Assembly (NCBI GenBank): GCA_010093745.1
Contig: MU006003.1
Span: 111,351 to 131,350 of the forward strand
Source of the DNA: Piedraia hortae CBS 480.64
Lineage: Eukaryota
Reading direction: 5' to 3'
Length of the DNA: 20,000 bases
In this document: positions 1 to 12,000 of the stretch, in pieces
Numbering within the stretch: position 1 is the stretch's first letter
Layout of the letters: every line of letters begins with the position of its first letter
Translations under genes and position numbers: made by a program
Notes under the pieces: model-generated
What the model saw: the letters and a program-made list of their open reading frames with translations, nothing else
What the model was told of the DNA's origin: nothing
Databases searched by the model: none

Positions 1-574
1 TGAAGCCGGCAAAGGGCAGATTTACCCAATTCCCGTCCCAAGATACTGCATTGGTCGAATTGCCGGCCAAAAACTGGCCGCCCACATACACTGTGCCCGA
101 CGAATCATCGCAATAAAGGGCGTTTACCTTGCCGTTCAAACCATGAATTGCCGTCACTTGCTCCTTTTCGGGATCCCACAAGGCAATTCCTGCTGAGGGC
201 TGGTCGTCTATGCTGGTAAAGTTGCCTCCAAGAACCACTCCACGTAGTTTTCCATCCTGCACGAGCGAGCACATAGCTGTGATAGATGCATCGGCCATAA
301 CCAACGACTGAAACGCGCCGTTGGGCAGTTGTCTGAGAAGGGACTGGCTTCCATTTGTGCTAGACGTAGTCTCACCTTGGCCGCTATAAGAGTATAGGGA
401 AAGACCATCAAAGTCCCCACCAATAGCCACGGATCCCAGAGACTTCAGGTCGAAGTTGGGAGAGGGGATGCTGGACTGAGCGCCAGCAAATACGCTGCCA
501 AATAATGGCGCTGAAAGGATAAACGCGATCAGCTCGGGGCCGAGCGCCATGAATAAAGAGAGCGAGAGATGCAT
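1..574 (-). CDS. RAX2: Rax2 cortical cell-polarity marker protein, N-terminal ~191 aa (gene continues beyond the left edge)
   Basis: Manual translation from ATG at 574 is open to the window edge: MHLSLSLFMALGPELIAFILSAPLFGSVFAG (signal-peptide-like) ...PSPNFDLKSLGSVAIGGDFDGLSLYSY...SQSLLRQLPNGAF...VVLGGNFTSI...GLNGKVNALYCD...VYVGGQF...NSTNAVSW...NLPFAGF. This matches my recollection of the filamentous-fungal Rax2 N-terminus. It is missing from the ORF track because there is no stop in the window. Confidence 0.9.
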   Translation of the reverse strand, partial: MHLSLSLFMALGPELIAFILSAPLFGSVFAGAQSSIPSPNFDLKSLGSVAIGGDFDGLSLYSYSGQGETTSSTNGSQSLLRQLPNGAFQSLVMADASITAMCSLVQDGKLRGVVLGGNFTSIDDQPSAGIALWDPEKEQVTAIHGLNGKVNALYCDDSSGTVYVGGQFLAGNSTNAVSWDGNWVNLPFAGF

Positions 575-1368
575 ATCGGCAGCGCGGTCGTTGGCCTGCC
601 CACAAAGGAGCTATCTAAGGCCCTGACGCGCTGGGCGGGCTGGAGAAGGTGGATGCCTTGAAAATTAGACCAGTGTCGTTATAATCGGTAGACAAGCCGG
701 AAGCATCCACAACGAGCGACTGCAGCGAGTTTGTTGAGGGGGCGGCAGCACCACAGACTGTGACAGAATTGGAATGGACGCAACGTCGGAGTATTTTTGC
801 GGGGCCGTCGTGACAGAAACAACGCTAGTCCGTTTTGGTTGGGAGCCCCAATTTCGGGTTGTATGATATGCGCACGAACCGCAGGTTGGAGCGTGGGGGT
901 TGATCTGTTCCTTCCCTGATGTTGTGAAACGTACGCTGCGCCAGACTTTGCTGCGGGCTTGCTCCGCCCTTGGTCGTGGTGCAGACCATGTTGCACCGCC
1001 CATGCGCCCATCAACCACGTTTAGCCCCTCGCAGCTCTGGCCATTAAAGTCGGTAGCATAGCCACACAAGAACATGTTTAATTAGTAGCATGAGTGCTCT
1101 CAAGAGGTGGTGGTTTTTTGAGTTAAGAACCAAACAGTCGAATGGTTATCAACTTAACCCCCTTATGGCGGATCTCCCATCTAGTGCAGTTCCAAAAGTG
1201 GCGTCTTCCAAAAAGTGGGTCCTTTCCAGGCCGCTGCCCACAATGAGATGGGGTTCACCCGCGAGATGCTTTTTCGCTAAGATGGCCAAGCTAACGAGCC
1301 ATCTAGCCAGCTTCACCTATCCGTCGAACTGAATCCAGAACGTCGCGACGATGCCTGTACAACTTCTA

Positions 1369-4233
1369 TCATGCTACATGGGCAAATGCTCGCTTCCGCT
1401 TGGATTTTTCATCATCAATCTCTTCGTCAGCTTCCATCAGATAGCGGCCCTTCATATTTTCCTTGTCCCTCGCTTCTCTGCACAACATCTCCAAACCCGC
1501 CAGATTGAACCCCATCATCTTCTTTTGCTCAGCTTGCCATGCCGTATATGCCCGCAGCACCTGCTCCAACTGTGGTCGTAGTTGTGTTGACGCAACAATT
1601 TGCCGCATGTGCGTCTGCAGCATGAAATATGCTACTCGCCAGCTAAGTTCTGGCAACATGCGATTCTGCAGAAACATAGTAAGAAAGGTGAAAAGAGTCG
1701 GCAACGAGCTGAAAGGGATCACAAGAAGTGCATCTTGGAGCGCGGAGGTGGGAACCTTACGCAGCGTGTCCAGCACATATTGCTCGGCTGAGATATTGCC
1801 CAGTGCAAGGAATATGGGATCACGCTGAGGTTTGCCAGTCTTCCCGTCGTGAAAATCGCGCATAGCCTGGAGGTCGGCCATGCCCAGTTCCAACGCATCC
1901 AGCACGTTTTCACCATGTGTTCGAGTGGCAATGGTCTGCTTAGATGCGACGGCAACCTCATCGCGCCGCTGCTCGTCTTCATTTCGGGAATCTCGATCCA
2001 GACCCTGCACGAATGCCATATCGTGCATCCTTTCCTCCTCCATCTCGCGCTCTTCCTGCAGAAAGACCTGGTCGTCGCCAATCTCCCATATCCGTATGCT
2101 TTTGTCGTGAGATGCGGTGACCACCACTTCTCCTGTATGCCCGACAGCCATTGCCCAAACCTCGGCGTGGTGACCATCGAGCTTCTGAATTTGTTCGAAT
2201 TTATCCACGTCCCACGATTTCAACGTTCCGTCTTTTGAAATTGAAAACACAATGTGCTTCTCGTCGCTTTCCACCGGATGTGGGATAAAATCGACGGCGA
2301 GCACCGTGTCTTGATGTGCAAAGAAGGCCTTGTGGCAGTCGCCAAAGTCTAAGCCCCAGATGCGCACATTCTTATCCGCCGAACAGGTGGCAATCAATCG
2401 ACTGTCTGAGCTAATGCTGATGTTAAGGACAGGAAGCTTGTGACCGTATAAGGGCAAGAAAAGCTTGAGGCTGTCCACGTAAAATATCTGGACTGTGCTG
2501 TCCAGGGTTGCCACAGCCAACAATCGTTGATCGGAACTGAAGCAAACGCTGAGAACCTCATCTGCCAATTTCAGTTTGCGAGTCTTTGTAAGTTTGAGAC
2601 GCTTCGTGGTGCGTTTTGTGCCCGGGATCTCTTCGTCCACTACGTCGAACCGCCAGAATCTTACCCACTTGTCTGCACCACCCGTCACAACGCTTTTACC
2701 ATCAGGATGTACTGCCATTGACCACACAGTCTGGCTCTCATGAGCCGCCAACTTCTCCACTAGAGTACCGGTACTGATGTCGTACAGTTCGAGGTGACCA
2801 CTTTTCGTGCCAAGAAGCACCATGCGATCGCCAGGCAAGAACGACGAGCAAAAGGCCTGACCACAGTCTAGTGTTCGGAGACAGGACCGTGTTTTCAGAT
2901 TCCAGATCTTAAGCTGCCCTAAGGACGCCGAAGCAAGCATACGATCATCTGACGACAGCGCGAGAGTCCGTACATCTGTTCTGTGACCCGGAAGGTCTAC
3001 CACCAACGAACGATGGCACACAGGCTCGACAACTTCACCGGCAGCCCTGTGGGACTTGGTAATGTCATACATCTCCACCAAGTTATTGGTAGTGGCTACC
3101 ATAAAATGTAGATTCTTGTGTTTGCCGGCTGGTCTGGCCCAACACAGCGATCGTACCTTACCACCCGCTTGCACAGACATGATATTGAAAAACATATCAT
3201 CCACGGTTGGAACGCTGAACTCATCTGGTTCTAGCACTGACGGCTGGCCAGAATCTGCTACCTTCTTCTTCTTCCGCTGCTTTTTGCGCTGCATGTGTTT
3301 CCTCAGTTCGTCCTCTGACCGTATTTGGAACAACTCTATCGTCTTGTCCGGGCCGTGAACAGCAAGAAAGTTCTGTTTGGGGTGAAAGCAGATTCCGGTA
3401 GTCCTGCTAATTATCTTGCGACGCAATGTGCCCAGCTTCATCAACCTTTCCCCTGATTCTGGCTTGAGGAGGCCCTCCAAATTGATGTTCCACACCCCAA
3501 GTTCCCCATTGAGCCCGGCTGTAATGCAGCCGGTCCCGCCGGGAGCCAGTCCCAGAGCCCAGCATTCGCCATTATTCTGTGCAATATGCGTTTCCATGCA
3601 ATGAGGGGAGGACAAGTCCCAGAGCTTGATAAAAGCATCTTTTGATGTAGATATTAAACAGTTCTCATCCTCCTCCTCCTCCAAGTCTTTGACCGATGAC
3701 AGGGCTTTGATAAACGATAATCCAGTGATCTGGTCCTTGTGCCCTCTAAGTTTGAACTCTGCCATTTGACTCGAAAGGTTCCACATGATGATGTTCGTGT
3801 CCTTACTGCCGCTTACCAGACGAATTCCTTTGCGGTCGAACTGAAGATGCGTGACGGCGCTTCTATGCCCATCAAATCGGATATAGACCTCACCCAAAAG
3901 CGCATCCCACACTCGTATGCTTCCATCGGCGTATCCAACGGCAAAAAGAACGTCGCGCCCCGAGTGCTGCGCCAAGCATGTTACTTCACTCTTGTTATCT
4001 GCGTCTTCCCAGCGCGAGATCAGCTCGCCCTTTTTTACGTTCCAACATAATACATTCTCGTTGGCCCCGACGTATGCTCGTCCTGCAGAGCTGCCGTCGT
4101 CCGTCCATAGGCTATTTGAGGAAGCTGTGCAAACTGTGCCAAATGATCCAGAAGGCTCATATTTCCTATACACATTTGTTAGTCATACAGTTTTAAGCCC
4201 CTTCCTAACTACTTACCTATAAGAACGCACCAT
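1369..4233 (-). CDS. DIP2: WD40-repeat SSU processome (U3 snoRNP, UTP-B) subunit Utp12/Dip2/WDR3, ~937 aa, 2 exons (4233-4217, 4165-1369)
   Basis: Many WD40 repeats (GHRSAVTHL, GHKDQITGL, GHRTDVRTL, LYGHKLPVL, GHHAEVWAM), the Utp12-typical TCSADKNVRIWGLDFGDCHKAFFAHQD segment and a C-terminal helical Dip2/Utp12 region. A 51-nt intron at 4216-4166 (GTAAGT...GACTAAC...TAG) yields the N-terminus MVRSYRKYEP. Confidence 0.95.
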
Positions 4234-4393
4234 GTTTCGTTGAATGATGTGCTGCTTGACATAAATTTGGGGATGTGACGTGAGTGCGGAACCAGCCCGC
4301 TTTGAGTCACGCACACACACAGGTGAAAACTGAGACCACGTAATCGTCTAAAATGTTCCTCTATCAAAACTAGGCGATCATCTTTCATCAAAC

Positions 4394-5572
4394 TCAGTCA
4401 TTGTGCTTTCGCCTAAGACTCCCAATCCTCTTCTTGATGCCTTCACGCAAGCCTCCGCTGCGGCCAGACGCATCTGGTGCTTCATGGGAAGTTTCATGCG
4501 ATGCAGCATTGGCAAGTTCCATGTCGGCATATTTCCCATCGTCACCCGCAATTTTGACCGGGTCCCGTTGATCCAATTTACCACTCTGCTCAGCCTGGTG
4601 GTAATCTTTGTTCAAGTGTGCACGATCCTCTATGTCGATGCTGTCTTCACCAACGGTGTGAGATTTGAGAGCCCTATCAAGCCCAAAGGCCGGCTCGGAC
4701 TTGCCCTTGAGATCTTCATCATCGTATGCCTGTAAAGATCATATCAGCAAGATAGTTTGGCAACACCTTCTCGGCCTCACCTACCTTACCCGGCCATCGC
4801 TTGTAGCCAGCATCGTTAGGCCCGCCTTCACGCATCAAGTCAGTGCCTTCTTCATAGTCGTAAGTGCGCCCGAACTGGTCGGGTACTCCCGGTGGGACGG
4901 CAGCAACGCCCTCAAGCGGCCTATGTCCTTCAACCGCATCTCTGATTTTTTCTGCCGGGGTTGCCTTAAGAGCCTCTTGATTACTCGTCTCAAGTGCGGC
5001 GAGCGGACTGGTCTTGGGATCGACGTTCCTGCCCAGTGTCGCGGCGTCGAAAGGTCCCTCGTGATGATAGGGAATGCCTCCGATGGCGGGGTCCAATCGA
5101 TCAATGGTGTCTGGGCCCGGAAGCTGAGCCTTGGTCAGGTGAGGTGCGCGTTGAGCCTTGCGCGAGTCCTTGCGTATGACGTCGAGGGGCTGGACACTCT
5201 TGTCTCCGGGATATCGTTCACTAAGCGAGTTACCGCGCTGCGGGATGCCTGCTGCGGGATTGGTAGCATATGGTGGTGGTGGTAGCCGCTCACCCTGGGG
5301 ATTTGCGCTTCCACTTGTGAGTTCGCGTTCAAGAACCTGAGGGCCTGGTTTAACACCATACGACGTTTGCACTGGATCATCGGAAGCCGCAACGGTTTTA
5401 GCGGGATCAGACGCCATGGTATTTCCAAAACGGGAGTTCAAGCCAGTTTCTTCGGCCGGATCTGGTGCTGTAAGAGGGTCAATAAGATAGGCTTGCGCCT
5501 GCACACGTTAGCCTCCCCATCGAGAGTTTTCATCGCTGTCCAAACCTGTTTGGACGAGTGTGGTTTATCCAT
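4394..5572 (-). CDS. PAL1: Pal1-family cell morphology/endocytosis protein, ~358 aa, 3 exons (5572-5546, 5498-4785, 4729-4394)
   Basis: Pal1-type motif DTIDRLDPAIGGIPYHHEGPFDA, N-terminal YLIDPLTAPDP, C-terminal GIKKRIGSLRRK. Introns 5545-5499 (GTTTGG..GCTAAC..CAG) and 4784-4730 (GTAGGT..GCTGAT..CAG) join ORFs 4719-5504 and 4394-4615 in frame. Confidence 0.88.
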
Positions 5573-5770
5573 GGTGTACACTCTGTAAATGCAACTTCAC
5601 GATTGTCAGAGGAGAGGCTGGAAGTTGGTGCGATTTTGACAGGTGCCTGGCAGCTGCAGTAAGATCACGTCACCGAAGTCGTTTCAGGGCGAGATGACAT
5701 CATGTCTTGTTTTAAACTTCGTACCTGCCACTTCTACTTAAAATAGGCTTTGACTGTAGCTTCTCTTGCC

Positions 5771-6556
5771 ATGGGCCTTGTGCCTTATCCCGACTCCGAT
5801 GATGATGACCGAGGTGCGAAACCGCCACAACTGCCCACTGCTCTCTTGGATTTATATTCCTCCACTGTGCGAAATAGCACAAAAGATGACCCAGAAATGC
5901 ACAATGGCCGCAAAAGGATTGTCGGCCATGTTCCAGGCAACTGGCCAACACACGTCTATTTGGAGTGGATGCCGAGCCCAGAGGAAAGGCATGCTCTTAC
6001 TGACTTAATTCCTGCCAAGCGAGTTTCTGAATGCACACGCGGAAGTTCATACATATACAGTCTGCTGGTGAGTGACCTCAACGTTTCGCTCCCCTTGCAC
6101 GTCTCCTTGTCGCGCCCGTTAGTGCTCCGCACAGAGCAGAAGTCTGCCTTTTTAGAGCAAATTGAGAATGGCATCAAGCTAAGTGTCGTCAATTGTTTCG
6201 AAGCCACCCCTACAAACCTTTGTTGGCATCCCAATGAGATTGGCTCTCGCTGGTTTTTGGTGCTTCAATTGAGAACTTCAGATCAGGGAGAGCTTCCAAA
6301 ACTCTTATCTGTGTGTAACACTGTTGCTGAACGTTTCGGATGCCCACTTCTTTACCAGAACGGTAAACAGGAACAAGACAATGACAAATTCCATGTCAGC
6401 ATTGCATGGTCACCAAATGCCAGAGGTGCCTGCACAGCCTCTGATGTTACTGATGTCATCACCCGTATATCTTTCTCCGAAGTGAAGGTGCGCATCGGCC
6501 AGGAAGTTTCTACCATCCCACTTTCACGATTATCACGGGTTTTGAGGAAGAAGTAG
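5771..6556 (+). CDS. USB1: U6 snRNA 3'-phosphodiesterase Usb1/Mpn1 (2H family), 261 aa, apparently intronless
   Basis: N-terminus MGLVPYPDSD, then DDPEMHNGRKR..HVPGNWPTHVYLEW and two catalytic HxS motifs (LHVSLSRP, FHVSIAW). First ATG is at 5771; the track start at 5750 is a TTG. Confidence 0.93.
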   Translation: MGLVPYPDSDDDDRGAKPPQLPTALLDLYSSTVRNSTKDDPEMHNGRKRIVGHVPGNWPTHVYLEWMPSPEERHALTDLIPAKRVSECTRGSSYIYSLLVSDLNVSLPLHVSLSRPLVLRTEQKSAFLEQIENGIKLSVVNCFEATPTNLCWHPNEIGSRWFLVLQLRTSDQGELPKLLSVCNTVAERFGCPLLYQNGKQEQDNDKFHVSIAWSPNARGACTASDVTDVITRISFSEVKVRIGQEVSTIPLSRLSRVLRKK

Positions 6557-6710
6557 TAGCCGGAGTTGACTAAGAAACATCATCATCATACTACCTGTAA
6601 TTGACCTTATCAAGTCACTACCTACTGGTTAGGTGCGTTGGCTCACTCAAACATTCGTTGGTTCGACGAGGCAGTCAGCTTGATTTGCCAGTGTTTGAAC
6701 ATGCAGTCAC

Positions 6711-7303
6711 TCAGGTGCTTTTCCAGTCGTAAACAAGTTTAATCTTGTCTTCTTTGCCCTTCTTTTTGGTGACAACTCGCCGAACGTGCCTCCTCTCGCC
6801 GTTGATTTCAGCGAAACCATAAACGAGGGTTGACTCCCAGTCGTTCGATTTGCTTTGAGTCCATCCTACGATAACTTCACCATCCAGGCAGTCCTGAGAC
6901 CATCCTTCTTTGAGGAAGGCGTCGTCCAACTCGGAAACCTTGGCGTAACTAAAAAGAATTAGTTATTGAACAGTCTTCAGTTTGGTGGGAGGCCGCACCG
7001 AGTTTTCCCCTGAACCTTTCCCCAGATGTTATTCTCAGCATCAAGCAGTTCTCCATTTATGTATCGTTCTTCATGGCTGGTGATGCCGCCCGTAGAAGTT
7101 TGGGTTTGATCCAAATGTTCGACACCCTTGTCATCTGTATACTGTTTCAGTTGAACCGTAATGGTGCTGTAATTTGCTGCCTGTCGAACAAGCATGCCGA
7201 CATTTTGGAGTTTGAGCGTATTGGTGGACGAATCTGACAACTGCTTGTTCATCACAAAAGTGCCATTAAGATTTTTAGTAGTGATGTTCGCAGGGACGGC
7301 CAT
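6711..7303 (-). CDS. Small fungal lipocalin/calycin-like protein (family often labelled 'LCCL domain' or pericyclase PydY-like), ~180 aa, 2 exons (7303-6999, 6948-6711)
   Basis: MAVPANITTKNLNGTFVMNKQLSD...LKLQNVGMLVRQA...GFAEINGERRHVRRVV...KLVYDW resembles this conserved fungal family. A 50-nt intron at 6998-6949 (GTGCGG..ACTAAT..TAG) fuses ORFs 6977-7495 and 6711-6929. Confidence 0.8.
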
Positions 7304-7364
7304 TGCGACGAACGATAAACGAAACGTTTGCGAACGATAGTACAATTGCCAAAGGCATCCAACA

Positions 7365-7372
7365 TTATATAA
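7365..7372 (-). promoter_or_regulatory. Candidate TATA box of the lipocalin-like gene
   Basis: TTATATAA about 62 nt upstream of the ATG at 7303; this also supports 7303 rather than 7495 as the start. Confidence 0.5.
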
Positions 7373-9020
7373 GTAGATCTGAGCTAGGCAGGCCTCGGTT
7401 GACATCGCACGTTCAACATTGGGTGCACGTGTGACCGCGGAGTTGACTTTCGCATGACATTTGTACGTATCAGCTTGACCGAGGCGTTGCATCACATCAG
7501 GGCATGTGCAACACTTCTGTTCATCCCAGGCAGACCACCAACTTTCTTACCCGTTGCTTTGGTTTTGTCGCGTGGGGGCAATGTATACCAGAGTCTCGAA
7601 GGGTGATAGTCCTGGCAGCGAAGGGGAGCTCCCCACAAGGTGCTGTGTATTTACGCAATTAAGGAGGGGCTCGGTCTCCGCCTGAACGTCATTCAAAGTC
7701 GTGGGTGTAGCATGGAGTGCTAAGCAAGCCCGAACTATGGAACACGATGAATGAAAATGGTTCTCGGGTGTGTGCCGATTAGGGATTTGACATATTTTCC
7801 AGAAGAACAGCCTACACATTCCAAAAGGCTGGCTACTGAATCCAGGGGAAGCATGTCCAACTGGCGTGATTTAAAGATCGATAACCAGTCCCAGCTAGGT
7901 ATCTGTAGTCGAAGCAAGACACGCATGCTAGCTGGCCAAGAAAGAGTAGATAGACATATCGAATTTTCACGATACCGTCATTCGTTGCTCTAAAATCTGT
8001 GTTTAGCCCTTTCCAAAAAAGATATGCCAAACTTTTCTTCGACTTGGAGATTGGGTCACGCTTCGGCGATTTAGCACCTGCAATGTTACGTAGTCAGTGG
8101 AATACTCCGTCAGTTGCTGATTTTTTCTCTTCACCAGACCCTACCACACAATGTCCATTCAGGGGCAGACTTTGACAATCAATTCAGCACGTGGTCAGCA
8201 CGCTATGCAACCCTTATGATCACCGTATATGTCAAGGACCAGATCCTAATTCAGAATCGGGTGCCCGCTTTATGCCCCGTCTTTCGCTCCTTCGTGCGTT
8301 GTTATCAAGCTATCCAGTATCCGCATTTTCCACCCTTTGTCCTTCCTTCCTCCATAGCCCTAGTTCGAGTTCACGGACATTTGCATTTAAAAATTGGTCA
8401 ATATGAGGACTTTGGTATATATGACTAACCTACAAATTACATTTGAAAGAGAATGCCAATCTCCAAATAAACTTTTAGGTACATAATACTGGTGTCATTT
8501 TCCAATCTCACGTGACTGCAGGAGATCCAATTTTCTCAGAACGCTACAATCAGCAGCAATGTGGCACACCTCACGTAAGTCCGTGTAGATGAACAGCATA
8601 TGCTAAATTGCAATTCGAAGAGATCACTGTCTGGTAGAGGTGATCATGAAAAGTTTTACCAGCCGAGACCAGGCGCTATTTTTTGTCTACGGTCTAGTTC
8701 ATCTCTCGAGATATCCTTCATGCACATCCACAACTCCTTGGCTGCTAGCACTTGTGCACGCAGGCCAATGACTTGCGATCAGTAAACCCCTTGATGACCG
8801 TCCTTGAGCATGAAGGGCACAATTCTAGAAACAAAGAGGACAAGTGCTAACACTCGCCGGTCTCCAGCCAAATTTGTTGCAACATCTGCACACAGAACTT
8901 TGAGCGAAAATGCACTGTCTACACTATAGCCTTTAGTGCTATGAAAAGCCCTAAGATGCATCATTACTCTACATAACAGGGTCCTGAGCGGAAGACGCAA
9001 TTGAGTAATTACAGCTCAAT

Positions 9021-12000
9021 TCACATCTCCAGCGACTCGAACAGCATCTTCTTAACCGCATCTTCTCCGTTCTTCTCTGCTTGCGGACCATCTTCACCTT
9101 CGCCCGCCACTCTCTCATCTAGAGCTAGCTTGGAAGCCCCCAAAGCATGAATCTGTTCTTCTATGGTTCCTTTGGTTACCATTCTGACAACTTCGACCTC
9201 GCGTGTCTGTCCCACACGGTGTGCCCGATTCTCGGCCTGGACGTCATCTTGCGGGTTGAAACCGGAATCGAATATGATGACTTTGTTGGCACATGCTAGA
9301 TTGATGCCTGCTCCACCAGCTTTGGTAGATAAAAGGAAGACAGAGATACTCTCGTCCCTTGTGAACTGATCAATCATGTCCTGCCTGGTATCCATTGGAG
9401 TAGAACCATCCAAGCGCATGAACTTGATCTGAAGCGTCTCTAACACGGCTTCAAGGATATCCATGAGTGTAGTGAATTGCGAAAATACCAGCACCCGATC
9501 GCCATTAGCCGCGTAGCCGCCAACGAGTTCTTTAAATTTTTGCACCTTGCCCGAGTCCATCCATTCCTCATTTTTCAGCGCATACTTGTGCAAGAATGGC
9601 CGATGGGGATCGGCGCAAAAGCGGTGAAGGGCATAATCCCCACCCTTCAAGCTGACACCGGTATTAGATTCGTCTGTCAGATAGGCGCGGATCTTCTCAG
9701 GTGAATTGCCTCCATATTCCTCGCTTTGCGCTAAAAGTTTGACAATTTTGTCGATTATTTTATCATCATACAAACGCCTTGCAAGCAATGGATGAAGAGC
9801 AGCCATACGGAGCGCCATCAAGAGGTTAGAGCTTCCGTCCCTGCCACCCTTGTGTTTCTTGCCCTCTGTCACCAATCGCCGGGCTTCATTCAATGAGCCG
9901 TTATAACACTCTGCTTGGACATTGGTCATTTGACACCATTCTATACGGCTGTGCTTTGTCGGCAGATCGAGCACTTGTAACTTCTTGCGCCTCAATATGA
10001 ACGGCGTCATCATCATACGAGCGCGGTCAATCCGTTCAGCCGAGAGCAGCGCAGCATGATTAGACTCCTTTGTGCTGGCTTTATGCTTGAATATCATGTT
10101 CAAGTCGTCGCGTTTATCTTTGAACATATCGGGCATGATGAACGCCAGGATGCTCACCAGTTCTTGCAAGTTGTTTTGCAACGGCGTGCCGGTAAGCAGA
10201 ATGCGAAAGTCGGATTTGATGCGAGTAAGCTGTTCGTAGCGGTTGGACGTTGGATTGCGCAGCTGGTGTGCCTCGTCGTACACACAAACAGCGGGTTCGA
10301 GCTTTCTGAGAAATTTGTTGTCGATTGGCTTGACCGACATATCGTACGTGGTGACGACGACGTCAATGGAATCAAACTCTTGGTCAATCTGCTCCTGCTG
10401 TTGGTAACGTTGAGACTGGCTGCCATAGTAAGGAACAACATTGAGGGACGGTGCAAAACGGGCAAATTCTCGCAACCAATTCTCCAGGGTGGAGCCAGGC
10501 ACGATGACGAGATGGACACCATCGACTTTTTGCTGCTGTAGATGGGCCAAGAAGGCAATTACCTGGCAGGTCTTTCCCAGCCCCATATCGTCAGCCAGGA
10601 TACATGACAACTTTTGCGACCAGAGCAGATTCAGCCAATTCAAGCCGACCAGCTGGTAGTCTTTGAGCTCTACTTCGCCCATGTTGGAAGGCTGCTGGAG
10701 GAAGCGGCTTTTTCTCTGCAAGAGGCCGGGAGACGAGCGACAGGAGCTCAAAGGTGTGCCGATGCCGGAATCCTGTGTTTCGTCAAGCTTCATCATGTGC
10801 AGCTCACCGCGGCCATCGCTGTCCCCGATGCCCCAACCCTTTAGTGCGCTTTGGATAGGCTTTGCGAGTTTTTCACACTCGGCTACGAGCTCGTCAACAG
10901 CATTGTAGCCCTTCCATGTATCAAGGCAAATGTCGACGACCTTGTCTCCCAAAGGTCGAGCTTTGCTTTTTTTGCCAGATTTGGTTTCTCCAACGTATTT
11001 AACCTCACGCACAGCATCGAGCGTTGAGAAAGGGCGGCTGTCTAACAAAAAGCGAATGTCCCTCTCTGGCTGCGCCGAAAGGTCGACCAAGTCGCCAATG
11101 GTACACTCGTTTAGAAACTTTAGTAGCCGCAATTCCACAGCGGTCACGACTGCTTCGTCTGCCTCGCTCTGGTCCTGCACGATGCCGGAGTCGAACTCCT
11201 CCTCGACATTGCTGCCACGCGACTTGGGGCTTGCTTGTCCCAGAGGGGAGGAGGATACTGTATTTGGACGCATCCTTGTTAAGCGCCGACGTTTCTTGTT
11301 AGCGAAGGCTACGCCGTAGTCCAACACCTCAATCGACGTGCTTGGCAGTGGCTTCTGGTTTACGCCATATTTTTCAGCAATGGTCTTGGAAGGAACCTTG
11401 ACCTGCTGCTTGACCACCGTCCGCGGCTGCTGTTTGCTCATTAACAACCCTCGTCTCGCGGGAGGCGTGGCGCTCGCGAGCTCATCTGTGTCGCTAGACG
11501 GACTAGCATCGCGTAAATTCCGTAGAGCTTGCTCATAATTTCCGGCATGTCTGGCAAGGGCGTTGTAGCAGGCGTCTATAGTTTTGGTAGGGAAAACATC
11601 GAGCATTGACTTGACCTTCCCTCGCACCGAGGCATCTGGAACGTCTTGGATGCTGGTGTATCGCACTGGCGACGACGCCCACTGCTGAGCCGCACGTCGT
11701 CCCCGCGACGGGGTTGCCGAGGCCGCCTGATTGTCGCCCTGGAAGCTAAATGTGTCCAACAGGGATTTGAAAAATGTACGGCCGTCTGACAACGTAGCTG
11801 GAGATTCTGGAATATTGGCCAGCCCAAACGCACGGCCGCCTCTCGTAAAGTTAGTGGGCTGAATATCACCCTGTGTCTCGCCATCATCGGAACTGTGGTG
11901 AACCGGCATGTCTTCGCTGTCGCTGTCCGGTGCCGGTCGCTTAGTAGGCGGATGAAAGGTCGTGCCTGGCGGCCCCAGCGATCTAGCCAGTAAACTGCCG

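Noticed and set aside
665..1075. 136-aa and 111-aa minus-strand ORFs upstream of RAX2
   Set aside because: No recognisable motif or splice structure; they lie in the probable RAX2 promoter/leader. Could be uORFs but this is unsupported.
1276..1307. Imperfect hairpin GCTAAGATGGC...GCCATCTAGC in the UTP12 3' region
   Set aside because: 7-bp core with a bulge; expected by chance at this scale.
4303..4309. TGAGTCA (Gcn4/CpcA-type site) upstream of UTP12, also at 19308-19314 upstream of U2AF65
   Set aside because: About 2-3 TGASTCA words are expected by chance in 20 kb, so no claim without conservation data.
1351..5588. Many antisense and alternate-frame ORFs over UTP12 and PAL1 (likewise over FUN30, DUF2406 and U2AF65)
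   Set aside because: Shadows of real coding sequence, often with non-ATG starts and no motifs.
7304..7495. N-terminal extension of the lipocalin-like ORF in the track
   Set aside because: Family-like sequence begins at MAVPANIT (7303), and a TATA box sits inside the extension.
7623..7634. 12-bp perfect palindrome GGGGAGCTCCCC
   Set aside because: About five palindromes of this length are expected by chance in 20 kb.
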